64,000 nt of DNA from assembly GCA_964004625.1 (NCBI GenBank), contig CAXFOB010000039.1, positions 12,727-76,726 on the forward strand, in the 5' to 3' direction. This document shows positions 10,822 to 19,852 of this stretch, in pieces. A model generated the notes under the pieces. The model was not told where the DNA came from. It ran no database searches and was given only the letters and a program-made list of their open reading frames with translations. Both the position numbers and the translations under genes were made by a program. Numbering within the stretch: position 1 is the stretch's first letter; the number at the start of each line of letters is the position of its first letter. This stretch comes from an uncultured Flavobacteriales bacterium (GTDB taxonomy: Bacteria; Bacteroidota; Bacteroidia; Flavobacteriales; BACL11).

Positions 10822-12246
10822 TTGAAAAATTACACCTCTTATAATGAGACAATAAAAGCAATTAAGAGTAAGGAAACTTCTTGCTATAATATTGTTAAAA
10901 ATTACCAAAAAACGATATTAGAAAAGAACTCTGAAATTAATGCATTTGTAGATGTTTTTTCTGAAGAATCTTTACAAACAGCTAAGAAAGTAGATAAAAA
11001 AATCACTGAAGGAAAAGCTGGAAAATTAGCTGGAATGGTAATTGGTATAAAAGATAATATTTGTATCAAAAATCAAAATGTATCAGCGTCTTCTAAAATT
11101 TTAGCAGGATTTAAATCTTTGTATAATGCAACCGTCATTGAAAGATTGTTAGAAGAAGACGCTATAATAATAGGAAATTTGAATTGTGATGAGTTCGCTA
11201 TGGGTAGTGGAAATGAACACTCTGTAAATGGAGTTGTAAGAAATCCACATAACACCACTAAAGTTCCAGGGGGTTCGTCTGGGGGGTCAGCAGCAGCGGT
11301 AGCGGCTAATATGTGTTTAGCTGCATTGGGTTCAGATACCGGAGGTTCAATTCGTCAACCAGCAGCGTTTTGTGGTTTAGTTGGTTTAAAACCAACCTAT
11401 TCAAGAGTTTCCCGTTATGGATTGATAGCATACGCCTCTTCATTTGATCAAATTGGAACGATAACTAATAACATTGAGGATTCAGCATTAATCTTAGAGG
11501 TTATTTCGGGAAAAGATGAAAGAGACAGCACTTCTTCTTCTAAAAAAGTAGATGAGTATTCTAATTTTTTGAAAAAAGAAACAAAAAAAATAGCTGTTTT
11601 AAAGGATTGTTTAGAACGTGATGGAATAGATATTGAGGTGAAACAAAAAGTTGAAAAAACAATTACAGAATTAGAAAAAAAAGGACATACAATAGAATAT
11701 GTTTCTTTCCCATATTTAGATTTTTTAGTCCCCACATATTATGTGTTAACCACAGCAGAAGCCTCATCAAACCTTGCGAGGTTTGATGGAGTGCATTATG
11801 GATATAGAACAGAAAAACCTAAAGACTTAGAAGAAACATATGTAAAATCAAGAACTGAAGGATTTGGAGATGAGGTAAAAAGAAGAATTATGTTAGGAAC
11901 CTTTGTATTAAGTGCTGGATATAAAGACGCTTACTATAAGAAGGCTCAACAAGTTAGAAGATTGGTTCAAAATATGACAAAGGAATTATTAAAAGACTTT
12001 GATTTTATTTTAACACCTACAACTCCACATACAGCATTTGATATTGGGATAAAACAAAAGGACCCAACAGTAATGTACCTAGAAGATATATTTACGGTAC
12101 AAGCAAATATTACTGGTAATCCAGCTATATCACTACCCTTATACAAACATTCTAACGGCTTACCATTTGGATTACAACTACTATCTAAAAAATTTACCGA
12201 AAGAGATTTGCTGTCCTTTTCTTCACAAATTATAAATGATTTATAA
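10822..12246 (+). CDS. gatA: Asp-tRNA(Asn)/Glu-tRNA(Gln) amidotransferase subunit A
   Basis: 474 aa. Amidase signature GGSSGGSAAAVA...GSDTGGSIRQPAAFCG. TTG start. Confidence 0.95.
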   Translation: MKNYTSYNETIKAIKSKETSCYNIVKNYQKTILEKNSEINAFVDVFSEESLQTAKKVDKKITEGKAGKLAGMVIGIKDNICIKNQNVSASSKILAGFKSLYNATVIERLLEEDAIIIGNLNCDEFAMGSGNEHSVNGVVRNPHNTTKVPGGSSGGSAAAVAANMCLAALGSDTGGSIRQPAAFCGLVGLKPTYSRVSRYGLIAYASSFDQIGTITNNIEDSALILEVISGKDERDSTSSSKKVDEYSNFLKKETKKIAVLKDCLERDGIDIEVKQKVEKTITELEKKGHTIEYVSFPYLDFLVPTYYVLTTAEASSNLARFDGVHYGYRTEKPKDLEETYVKSRTEGFGDEVKRRIMLGTFVLSAGYKDAYYKKAQQVRRLVQNMTKELLKDFDFILTPTTPHTAFDIGIKQKDPTVMYLEDIFTVQANITGNPAISLPLYKHSNGLPFGLQLLSKKFTERDLLSFSSQIINDL

Positions 12247-12251
12247 TATAT

Positions 12252-13409
12252 ATGTTCTTAAACAAAATCTATTTAATCATATGTTTAAGCTTTGTACATT
12301 TCCATCTTTTACTTGCTCAGACAAACCCAATTAATGAGATAGACGTCTTATCAGACACATTAAGTTTAAATAACCCCCAGGCTTTAGACCTTTCACTAGA
12401 GGAAGATATAATTTTAAAAAGAATGCAATCCCTAGACGACTCTTCTCCAATGGATTTTACTTATAATAAATATACAAAATTTTACATTGACAGATATTTA
12501 GGCAAGGATTTAAAACTAATAAATAGAATGTTAGGGATTTCTGCTTATTATTTCCCAATGATGGAACAGCAGTTAGATAGGTTTCAAATTCCTTTAGAGT
12601 TAAAATATCTAGCAATTGTAGAATCATCATTAAATCCAAAAGCTAGAAGTAGATCTGGAGCAACGGGATTATGGCAGTTTATGTACCCTACAGGCAAAGA
12701 ATATGGTTTAAATGTAACCTCATATATTGATGAAAGGCAAGACCCTTTAAAATCTACTATCGCAGCATGCACTTATTTTCAGTCCTTGTATAATATGTTT
12801 GGAGATTGGAATTTAGTACTAGCAGCTTATAATGGGGGTCCTGGTTATTTAAAAAGAGTAATGGCAAAAACTGAATTATCTGATTTTTGGGAATTACGCC
12901 CCCACTTAAGAAAAGAAACTCAAGGGTATATACCTAAGTTTATAGCTGTAAGTTATGTTATGTCCTTTTATAAAGAACTTGAAATAGAGGTTTTTGACGC
13001 TCATTTAAAAGTTTCTGAAAGAGACACGATATCTTTTAAAAGACAAACTCCATATTCTCTAGTTTCCAATATGTTTTGTGTTTCAATCGAAACTCTAAAC
13101 TATTTAAACCCTTCTTTTAAAACTGAAATCTTACCAGAGGGAGAAATAATTTACTTACCATCAGATGTGCTGATGGACGTGGTTAGAAATGAAGATTATT
13201 TTTATGAATATTTAGAAAAAGTTGACAACAAAGAAATTTTAGTTGATGAAATTAGATTAGTTTACGTAGTGCAAAAGGGAGATTATTTAGGTAAAATTGC
13301 AAGAGAATACGGATTAACCGTTCCAAATATTAAACAATGGAATAAACTACATTCGGATAACTTATCGATAGGAGATCAACTAATTTTATATATACCAGAT
13401 GAAAATTAA
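12252..13409 (+). CDS. lytic transglycosylase (SLT domain) with C-terminal LysM
   Basis: 385 aa. SLT catalytic region AIVESSLNPKARSRSGATGLWQFM...AYNGGPG. LysM region YVVQKGDYLGKIAREYGLTV..IKQWN. Confidence 0.85.
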   Translation: MFLNKIYLIICLSFVHFHLLLAQTNPINEIDVLSDTLSLNNPQALDLSLEEDIILKRMQSLDDSSPMDFTYNKYTKFYIDRYLGKDLKLINRMLGISAYYFPMMEQQLDRFQIPLELKYLAIVESSLNPKARSRSGATGLWQFMYPTGKEYGLNVTSYIDERQDPLKSTIAACTYFQSLYNMFGDWNLVLAAYNGGPGYLKRVMAKTELSDFWELRPHLRKETQGYIPKFIAVSYVMSFYKELEIEVFDAHLKVSERDTISFKRQTPYSLVSNMFCVSIETLNYLNPSFKTEILPEGEIIYLPSDVLMDVVRNEDYFYEYLEKVDNKEILVDEIRLVYVVQKGDYLGKIAREYGLTVPNIKQWNKLHSDNLSIGDQLILYIPDEN

Positions 13410-14313
13410 TTTTATAATACTGAGTTTTATAGTATTGTTTTCGTGTAATAATATTTCAGAAAAAAAGAGAATGCTTTCAGAAAACACGGGGAAACAGAAT
13501 GAAATTATATTAGTTATTCAGGACAAGGAATGGGAGGGCTCTATTGGAAAAATACTAAAAAACACTTTTGAAATAGAAATACCTGGACTTCCACAATCAG
13601 AACGTTTATTTAATTTGGTTCAAATTAATCCTTCTGAATTTAGCAGGTTTTTTCGGACACATAAAAACATAATTTTTGTTGGAGAAGGAATAAAAGATTC
13701 ATACACAAAAAATAAATGGGCTAAAGCCCAAATTGTAATGTATTTAGACTCTAAGTCAGATAAATCGATATTTGAAAAATCTTGTAACAAAGCATTAAAT
13801 TTTTTAAATCGAAAGGAGCTAGAAAATATAAAGTACACTTATAAAAACGGTCATAATACAGAAGCAAGAAGATACATAAAAGAAAATTTTGGTATTGATA
13901 TATTTTTACCTACAGAATATACTGTTTCATTAAAAAATGAAGAGATATTTATTTCAGATTTTCACTCCTTTAATGAAAAACAAGATCTTTTAAAATATAT
14001 CTTAGTTTATGAAATTAATCCCAAACAAGACAATATTCAAAATGAAATAATTCGTATTACCGACTCTGTTTTGGCAGTACAAGTGAAGGGTGGGGCGGAT
14101 GGAACATATGTTCAGTTAGATAGTAAAACACCATTAACCCAGTCAGATGGACTTTACAGAGGAATGTGGACACTTAAAAACGGTTTCATGGCAGGGCCAT
14201 TTATTATGAAATCAAGATATATTGAAGATAGAATTATAATTTCTTTAGGATTAGTTTTTTATCCTAACGAGAGTAAAAGAGATTATGTAAGGACTTTTGA
14301 AGCTATTCTTTAA
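13399..14313 (+). CDS. DUF4837-like lipoprotein (function unknown)
   Basis: 304 aa. Signal peptide ending FSC. Family assignment is from remembered Flavobacteriia synteny, not a search. Confidence 0.5.
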   Translation: MKINFIILSFIVLFSCNNISEKKRMLSENTGKQNEIILVIQDKEWEGSIGKILKNTFEIEIPGLPQSERLFNLVQINPSEFSRFFRTHKNIIFVGEGIKDSYTKNKWAKAQIVMYLDSKSDKSIFEKSCNKALNFLNRKELENIKYTYKNGHNTEARRYIKENFGIDIFLPTEYTVSLKNEEIFISDFHSFNEKQDLLKYILVYEINPKQDNIQNEIIRITDSVLAVQVKGGADGTYVQLDSKTPLTQSDGLYRGMWTLKNGFMAGPFIMKSRYIEDRIIISLGLVFYPNESKRDYVRTFEAIL

Positions 14314-16832
14314 TGGACAAATAACTTATCTGTTTTTATCACAATATCTCCATTTAAGACCTTGTAAATATATACACCCTCTGTAAGATCTTTACATAGG
14401 ATATTAGTGTTTTCAGACACTAGGTTCTCCTCTATAACTAATTGCCCGGTAACTGAATATATTTTAATAAAGCTGTTTGTTAACGTATATGGCGCGCTCA
14501 CAGTTAAAAGATTATTCACAGGATTTGGAAAAATTTTAATTAAATCTGGATTTACTGAATTTATAGAAGCGGGAAATGAATTTAAATCACTTTCCCATAC
14601 CCCCCTTCCAAAAGTGGCGGCTCTAATTTTACCCGCAGAATATTGTATTTCTAATTCACGAACACTTACATGTGGAAGGCCTGTGTTAAATAATTGCCAT
14701 TCAGTCATTGTACTGTCTCTATGATACACGCCTATATCTGTTCCTATATATAAATCATCTTTTGCATAAGATTGAAAAACAATACAGTTTACAGGAAGAT
14801 TTGGTAATTGTGTGCCAGAAATATTTGTCCAGGTATCTCCAGCGTCATTACTTTCAAACACTTTGTCGTTTGCATTAAAAGATGAAAGCGTAACAAAAAC
14901 CCTATCAGGATTTATATTAGATACTGTTACATCCGATATGTTACCAGCGGGCAACCCCGTTTTTATATAATCCCAACTGTTTCCATCATCTTTTGTTACC
15001 CATAAACCAGAATATGTCGCAGCGTATATATAATTCAAGTCGGAAGGAGCTAAAGCAATAGTTTTTAATTGTCCATATGTTGGAGATATAGAATCCCAAG
15101 CGGCAGCAGCTGTATTAGTTTTATAAACAACATTATATCCAACAACTAAAACATTATTGTCTAGTGGGTGCATTTTGTAGGGCGTTACCCACGCCCCTTC
15201 ATAATTAACAGGTTTTATATTATCCCAATCAACACCTCCGTTATATGTTACTTTTAACCCTCCATATTGAGAACTCGAGTAAATAATGTCATCATTATAA
15301 TGATCAATAATACACTCCATTCCATCAGACCCTCTAATAGCGTCCCAAGTAGCTCCAGACAATCTTTCTGTTCCATTATCTTGAGCTCCAACAACAAGCG
15401 TATAATCATCGATTTTAGACAATCCAATTTTATAAAATTGAGAAATTTCCAGACCATCACTAATATCTAACCAAGTATTTAAAATATTAAAATATTTATA
15501 TAAACCCCCATCATTCCCAGCGTAAGCAATGTTGTTTAGTGGATTAAATTCAGTCGCGTGCTGATCTACGTGCATGTAAGAATAATCAGAACTATTACCA
15601 CTACTTCCAGAAACCTCCCATGTAATTCCTCCATCAGTTGATTCCCATAAATTTATCCCACCAACATATAAATGATTTTCATCTTCATTAGAAACCGCTA
15701 AACTCATATCATACCATGATTGCCCCCCTGTAGAAGTTCCATCAGTATCTCTACCAAGAATATTAGGTGTATTTGATTGTAAACTCCAGTTATCACCACC
15801 ATCTATTGATTTGTATATACCATGAAACCCCCATCCATTATCTGAGAATAAAGCATATACCACTTCAGGATTTGCAGGTGTTACAGCAATTAAAGGTCTT
15901 CTTTTATTACTATTTGAAACACCATTGTTACAAACTTGCCATGTGGCACCAGCATCAATAGAACGATAGACGTTTGAACTTCCACTTGTTTGCTTCATTG
16001 CATATAAAACATTAGTGTTTCCAGGTTTGTAGTGTATATCTCTCCACCTTCCATTGGGACCAACAATAGTCCAACTACCCCCCCCATCTACAGTTAGTAG
16101 AATATTATCCCCTGTCACAGCAAAAATACTATCAGGATAGTTAGGGTTCATTTCTAATTTACTTATCTCATTAGACTGACTTACATTGTAACTAAGTCCC
16201 GTAGTATCCCAAGTAACTCCTCCGTTCGTACTTTTTAATACTCCAATTGAATAAGTATCACCTCCGTGAGCGTCACCTGTAGCTATATACATAATATCTG
16301 TATTTGTAGGATGAATTAAAATGTCTGAAACTCCTAAAACAGGCAAATTATCGGTATTGGTATTCCAACTCAAACCACCATCACTAGTCTTCCATAGCCC
16401 CCCCCCAGGAGATCCAACCCAAAAAACATTTTCATTAAACGGGTCAAACTCAATACAATTAATTCTACCATTCCCTCTTTTTTTATTATTTGAAAGAATA
16501 ATTGGAACATCAAAAGGCCCAAGAGGATTCCAATTGGATGAAGATTTTGAGGTTTGATTATTTTTAATTGTCAACCATTCATCCCATAAAGCATTTCCAG
16601 GAAAAAATCCATCCTCATCTACTCTAGGTTCTAAAAAATCTATTGTTCTCGCATAAGGCTTATACCCATTTCCTTTAGTGTAAGGAATCAAACTCCTATA
16701 ATCATCAAATGATTTCTTAAGGTCAAAAAATGTAGCGTTTTTATTTTCGTTTAAAGCATTTTCTTCCCAAGTTTGGGAATAAGAAACCAGAGAAACCAGA
16801 ATAAACAAGTTTAGAATAAAAGATTTTTTCAT
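14310..16832 (-). CDS. secreted BNR/Asp-box (VPS10/sortilin-like) beta-propeller protein with T9SS type A C-terminal domain
   Basis: 840 aa. At least 9 SxDxGxTW-type Asp-boxes (SDGGLSW, TNGGVTW, VDGGGSW, IDAGATW, IDGGDNW, TDGGITW...). C-terminus KIFPNPVNN...GVYIYKV is a T9SS sorting domain. Confidence 0.75.
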   Translation of the reverse strand: MKKSFILNLFILVSLVSYSQTWEENALNENKNATFFDLKKSFDDYRSLIPYTKGNGYKPYARTIDFLEPRVDEDGFFPGNALWDEWLTIKNNQTSKSSSNWNPLGPFDVPIILSNNKKRGNGRINCIEFDPFNENVFWVGSPGGGLWKTSDGGLSWNTNTDNLPVLGVSDILIHPTNTDIMYIATGDAHGGDTYSIGVLKSTNGGVTWDTTGLSYNVSQSNEISKLEMNPNYPDSIFAVTGDNILLTVDGGGSWTIVGPNGRWRDIHYKPGNTNVLYAMKQTSGSSNVYRSIDAGATWQVCNNGVSNSNKRRPLIAVTPANPEVVYALFSDNGWGFHGIYKSIDGGDNWSLQSNTPNILGRDTDGTSTGGQSWYDMSLAVSNEDENHLYVGGINLWESTDGGITWEVSGSSGNSSDYSYMHVDQHATEFNPLNNIAYAGNDGGLYKYFNILNTWLDISDGLEISQFYKIGLSKIDDYTLVVGAQDNGTERLSGATWDAIRGSDGMECIIDHYNDDIIYSSSQYGGLKVTYNGGVDWDNIKPVNYEGAWVTPYKMHPLDNNVLVVGYNVVYKTNTAAAAWDSISPTYGQLKTIALAPSDLNYIYAATYSGLWVTKDDGNSWDYIKTGLPAGNISDVTVSNINPDRVFVTLSSFNANDKVFESNDAGDTWTNISGTQLPNLPVNCIVFQSYAKDDLYIGTDIGVYHRDSTMTEWQLFNTGLPHVSVRELEIQYSAGKIRAATFGRGVWESDLNSFPASINSVNPDLIKIFPNPVNNLLTVSAPYTLTNSFIKIYSVTGQLVIEENLVSENTNILCKDLTEGVYIYKVLNGDIVIKTDKLFVH

Positions 16833-16844
16833 TTTTATAAAAGT

Positions 16845-19154
16845 TTAAAATTGAGATTGTAAATTTAATATAAAATTTCTTCCACTAGCACTAATTCCCG
16901 AAGCAAAAGTTTTATAATGAACATCAAATATGTTTTCACAGGAAAAGGAAACAATTAAAGATTTAATTTTCTTAGAATATGTTGTGTTAAAAGTAATCCA
17001 TGATGGAGTTCCGTCTACAGTAGCTTCCTCTAAGTTGTCTACCCCATTCACATCAAAATCTTCCGCCCTTTTCCATCCGTTAAAATTGCTATAAAAAGAG
17101 AGTTTAGACTGATCTTTAAATATATAACTAATGTTTCCTCTTGCTGAAAAAGGGGGGATGTGAGCTAAAGGAAGAGAGTCTGAACTTAATGATTTTACAA
17201 AAGAAGTTGTGGTAGAAACAAATAGGTTTTTAGAAACATTTTGTTTTAGATTTAGATTAAACCCATTCATTTTAGCAGAATTGATATTTGTATTTGCAAT
17301 ACACTTCATCATCTCGCCATCATATAATATGGAGTCTTGTCCATTAAAAGTAAACTCCCTTTTTTCTATAGCGTCCTTTAAACTATTATGGAAAAGAACC
17401 ACTTCAAATGTTGTAAAGTTTGATATATATTTCCATATAAGCTCAGACGTAACAATTTTTTCAGATTTTAAATTTAAATTAGGGACAACTACAATCCCTT
17501 GAGTTTTAGAAAAAACCTTACCTATATCGTCTATGTTAGGATTTCTAAAAGAGTTAAACACGGAAAGGCTCAAAAAACTATTATTGTTTGAACTAAAAAA
17601 AAAATTACTACTTGCGGAATAATTATTATTTACTAGGCTTAGATTTTCTCCTAAGTTAAATGGATTTTCTTCAGAAAAGCACATGGAAATTTTATTGTAA
17701 TCATATCGCAGCGCGTTATACCACTTTAAATTTTCAAATAAATTAAATTCTGTATGTAAAAAGGAAGAAAAATTAACATCAGTACTTCCATCATCAGGAT
17801 ATCTACTTGTAGCAAAACTAATATCTCCATCTTCAAAATGACTTTTACCAACAGATGATAACTCCTGAAAACGACTACTAACACCGTAATTAATTTTAAG
17901 TTTCTTTATTTGTTTTTTAAAATCTAATTTAGAATCACAAATATTAATACTCTCTTTTCGTTTAATTATCACGTTCTCATCAAATTTTTGGATATTTCTA
18001 CTCTCTTCCACCCCCTGATATGAGAGGTGAATATTGAAATCATCACTCATAATACTTTTATATATTTTGTTATAATCCACAGAATGCAAGGTTCTTCTTT
18101 GAGGCCCGTAATACCAATATTTATATTTTGGATTATTGTTTGTTACATCATTTAATTTATCAAATCTATTGATATTTGACGTTGTTGAATATTGAGAATT
18201 AAAAGCTAAATAAGAGTTTTTATTAATCTGAAAATGTGTCTTTTGAGTAATATCCACTTGAGAATACTCCCCATATAATTGCTCATCTCCAATAGTTGCA
18301 AACTTTTCCTCCCCCCAATCAGAATAATTATGAAATCGATTATTCCCCATTCTTAAATTTCCATATTTTTTTAAACTTACAGAGCTTAAAAATGATGTTT
18401 TACCACTTTTATATAAGCTATAGAAATTTAAAGAAACGGATGAGGATGAACTTTCAAATTGTTGTGTAAATGAAGTTTTATTTTCTTGTAAGTTTTTAAT
18501 ATTTAATGTATTGAGCACTATAGACCCCCCAAGAGCACCACTACCATAAAACACACTTGAAGGGCCATGTAAAACACTAACACTTTCTAATATATAAGGG
18601 TCAATACTCAAGATGTTTTGAAGGTGACCACTCCTGTAAATGGTGTTATTTAGTTTCACCCCATCTACAACCAAAAGTATTCTATTTGCTTCAAACCCAC
18701 GAATATTAGGAGACCCCCCTCCATTCTGACTTTTCTGCACATTTACCCCTACAGATTTTTCAAGTAATTCTGCAGGGTTTTTAGATAGAGACTCTTGTAT
18801 TTCTGTTTTGTTTAATTGAATAACTTGTGTTTTGTTTTCTTCCATTTTTAAAGAGGAATGAACACTAACCTCTTTAATTTTTATAGGGTTAGATTTTAAA
18901 ATAATAATCTTGTCTTTAATATTTTTCTTAACTATTTTTTGGTACATATATGATATATGATATATTTCAATCTCATCATATAAATTAAAAGAAGAAAGGT
19001 CGACTTCGCCTGTTTTGTTAGAACTAAGACTCTTGTCATCAGAGTAAAACAAAACTCCTTCTACCCTGTCCCCATTTAAGTTTTGTACTATATATTTTTG
19101 AGAAACCAGAGTAATAGAATAAAATACAAAAACCAAACTAATTATATATTTCAT
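16845..19154 (-). CDS. TonB-dependent outer-membrane receptor
   Basis: 769 aa. N-terminal carboxypeptidase-regulatory-like domain, plug region GGGSPNIRGFEANRILLVVDGVKLNN, terminal aromatic residue (..NLQSQF). Confidence 0.85.
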   Translation of the reverse strand: MKYIISLVFVFYSITLVSQKYIVQNLNGDRVEGVLFYSDDKSLSSNKTGEVDLSSFNLYDEIEIYHISYMYQKIVKKNIKDKIIILKSNPIKIKEVSVHSSLKMEENKTQVIQLNKTEIQESLSKNPAELLEKSVGVNVQKSQNGGGSPNIRGFEANRILLVVDGVKLNNTIYRSGHLQNILSIDPYILESVSVLHGPSSVFYGSGALGGSIVLNTLNIKNLQENKTSFTQQFESSSSSVSLNFYSLYKSGKTSFLSSVSLKKYGNLRMGNNRFHNYSDWGEEKFATIGDEQLYGEYSQVDITQKTHFQINKNSYLAFNSQYSTTSNINRFDKLNDVTNNNPKYKYWYYGPQRRTLHSVDYNKIYKSIMSDDFNIHLSYQGVEESRNIQKFDENVIIKRKESINICDSKLDFKKQIKKLKINYGVSSRFQELSSVGKSHFEDGDISFATSRYPDDGSTDVNFSSFLHTEFNLFENLKWYNALRYDYNKISMCFSEENPFNLGENLSLVNNNYSASSNFFFSSNNNSFLSLSVFNSFRNPNIDDIGKVFSKTQGIVVVPNLNLKSEKIVTSELIWKYISNFTTFEVVLFHNSLKDAIEKREFTFNGQDSILYDGEMMKCIANTNINSAKMNGFNLNLKQNVSKNLFVSTTTSFVKSLSSDSLPLAHIPPFSARGNISYIFKDQSKLSFYSNFNGWKRAEDFDVNGVDNLEEATVDGTPSWITFNTTYSKKIKSLIVSFSCENIFDVHYKTFASGISASGRNFILNLQSQF

Positions 19155-19852
19155 GTTCTTAAGGATTCAATTACTTCATATGACTTGAGGCTTTCGATAT
19201 TATAATGATGTAAATTATAATATTTCTGCAATGATTTAAGTAGTTCTTTTCGGTTTTTATAGGGGATGGAGACCTCTTTATTAGTTAGTAAACACCTAAA
19301 GTATTCTTTATTATCACCACTAATATTAAAATATACAGCTTTGTTAGTAAAACATCCGTTTTCTAGGTCAAATATATTTTTATTAGCATTGTCTTTACTT
19401 GGGTAAAAACCTAAATAACCGCTTAGTTGAATAAGAAAAAGCAAGGAGAAATTTTTGGATAAACTTTCAACATCATTAATTTTATAAATAGTTTCGCATA
19501 TAAATGAAAATATAGGGATTTGTTTTTCTGATTCTACTAATACTTTCATTAGAATTTCCGAAATAAATAAAGAAATGAACCTTTTATTCATATCTGAATT
19601 TATGTTGCTTGTATTACCAATGAGACTAATTTCTTTTATATATTGAACCTCCCTTTTTTTATTATTTGTTACTTCTAATTGTACAATATTTAAGGACTGT
19701 AAAATATTTAGTTTGTTTTTAGATTTTTTATTTCTAACCCCCTTCATTACATAGGACTGAAGCCCAAAATTTTCAGTAAATATTTTTGCAATCACAGAGT
19801 TTTCCGAGTATTTATAATAGTGTAAACAGACACCTTGTGTAGATTCAATCAT
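19151..19852 (-). CDS. recO: DNA repair protein RecO
   Basis: 233 aa. N-terminal OB-fold pattern (T.GVCLHYYKYSENSVIAKIFT..GLQSY) typical of Bacteroidota RecO. 4-nt overlap with the downstream gene. Confidence 0.75.
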   Translation of the reverse strand: MIESTQGVCLHYYKYSENSVIAKIFTENFGLQSYVMKGVRNKKSKNKLNILQSLNIVQLEVTNNKKREVQYIKEISLIGNTSNINSDMNKRFISLFISEILMKVLVESEKQIPIFSFICETIYKINDVESLSKNFSLLFLIQLSGYLGFYPSKDNANKNIFDLENGCFTNKAVYFNISGDNKEYFRCLLTNKEVSIPYKNRKELLKSLQKYYNLHHYNIESLKSYEVIESLRT

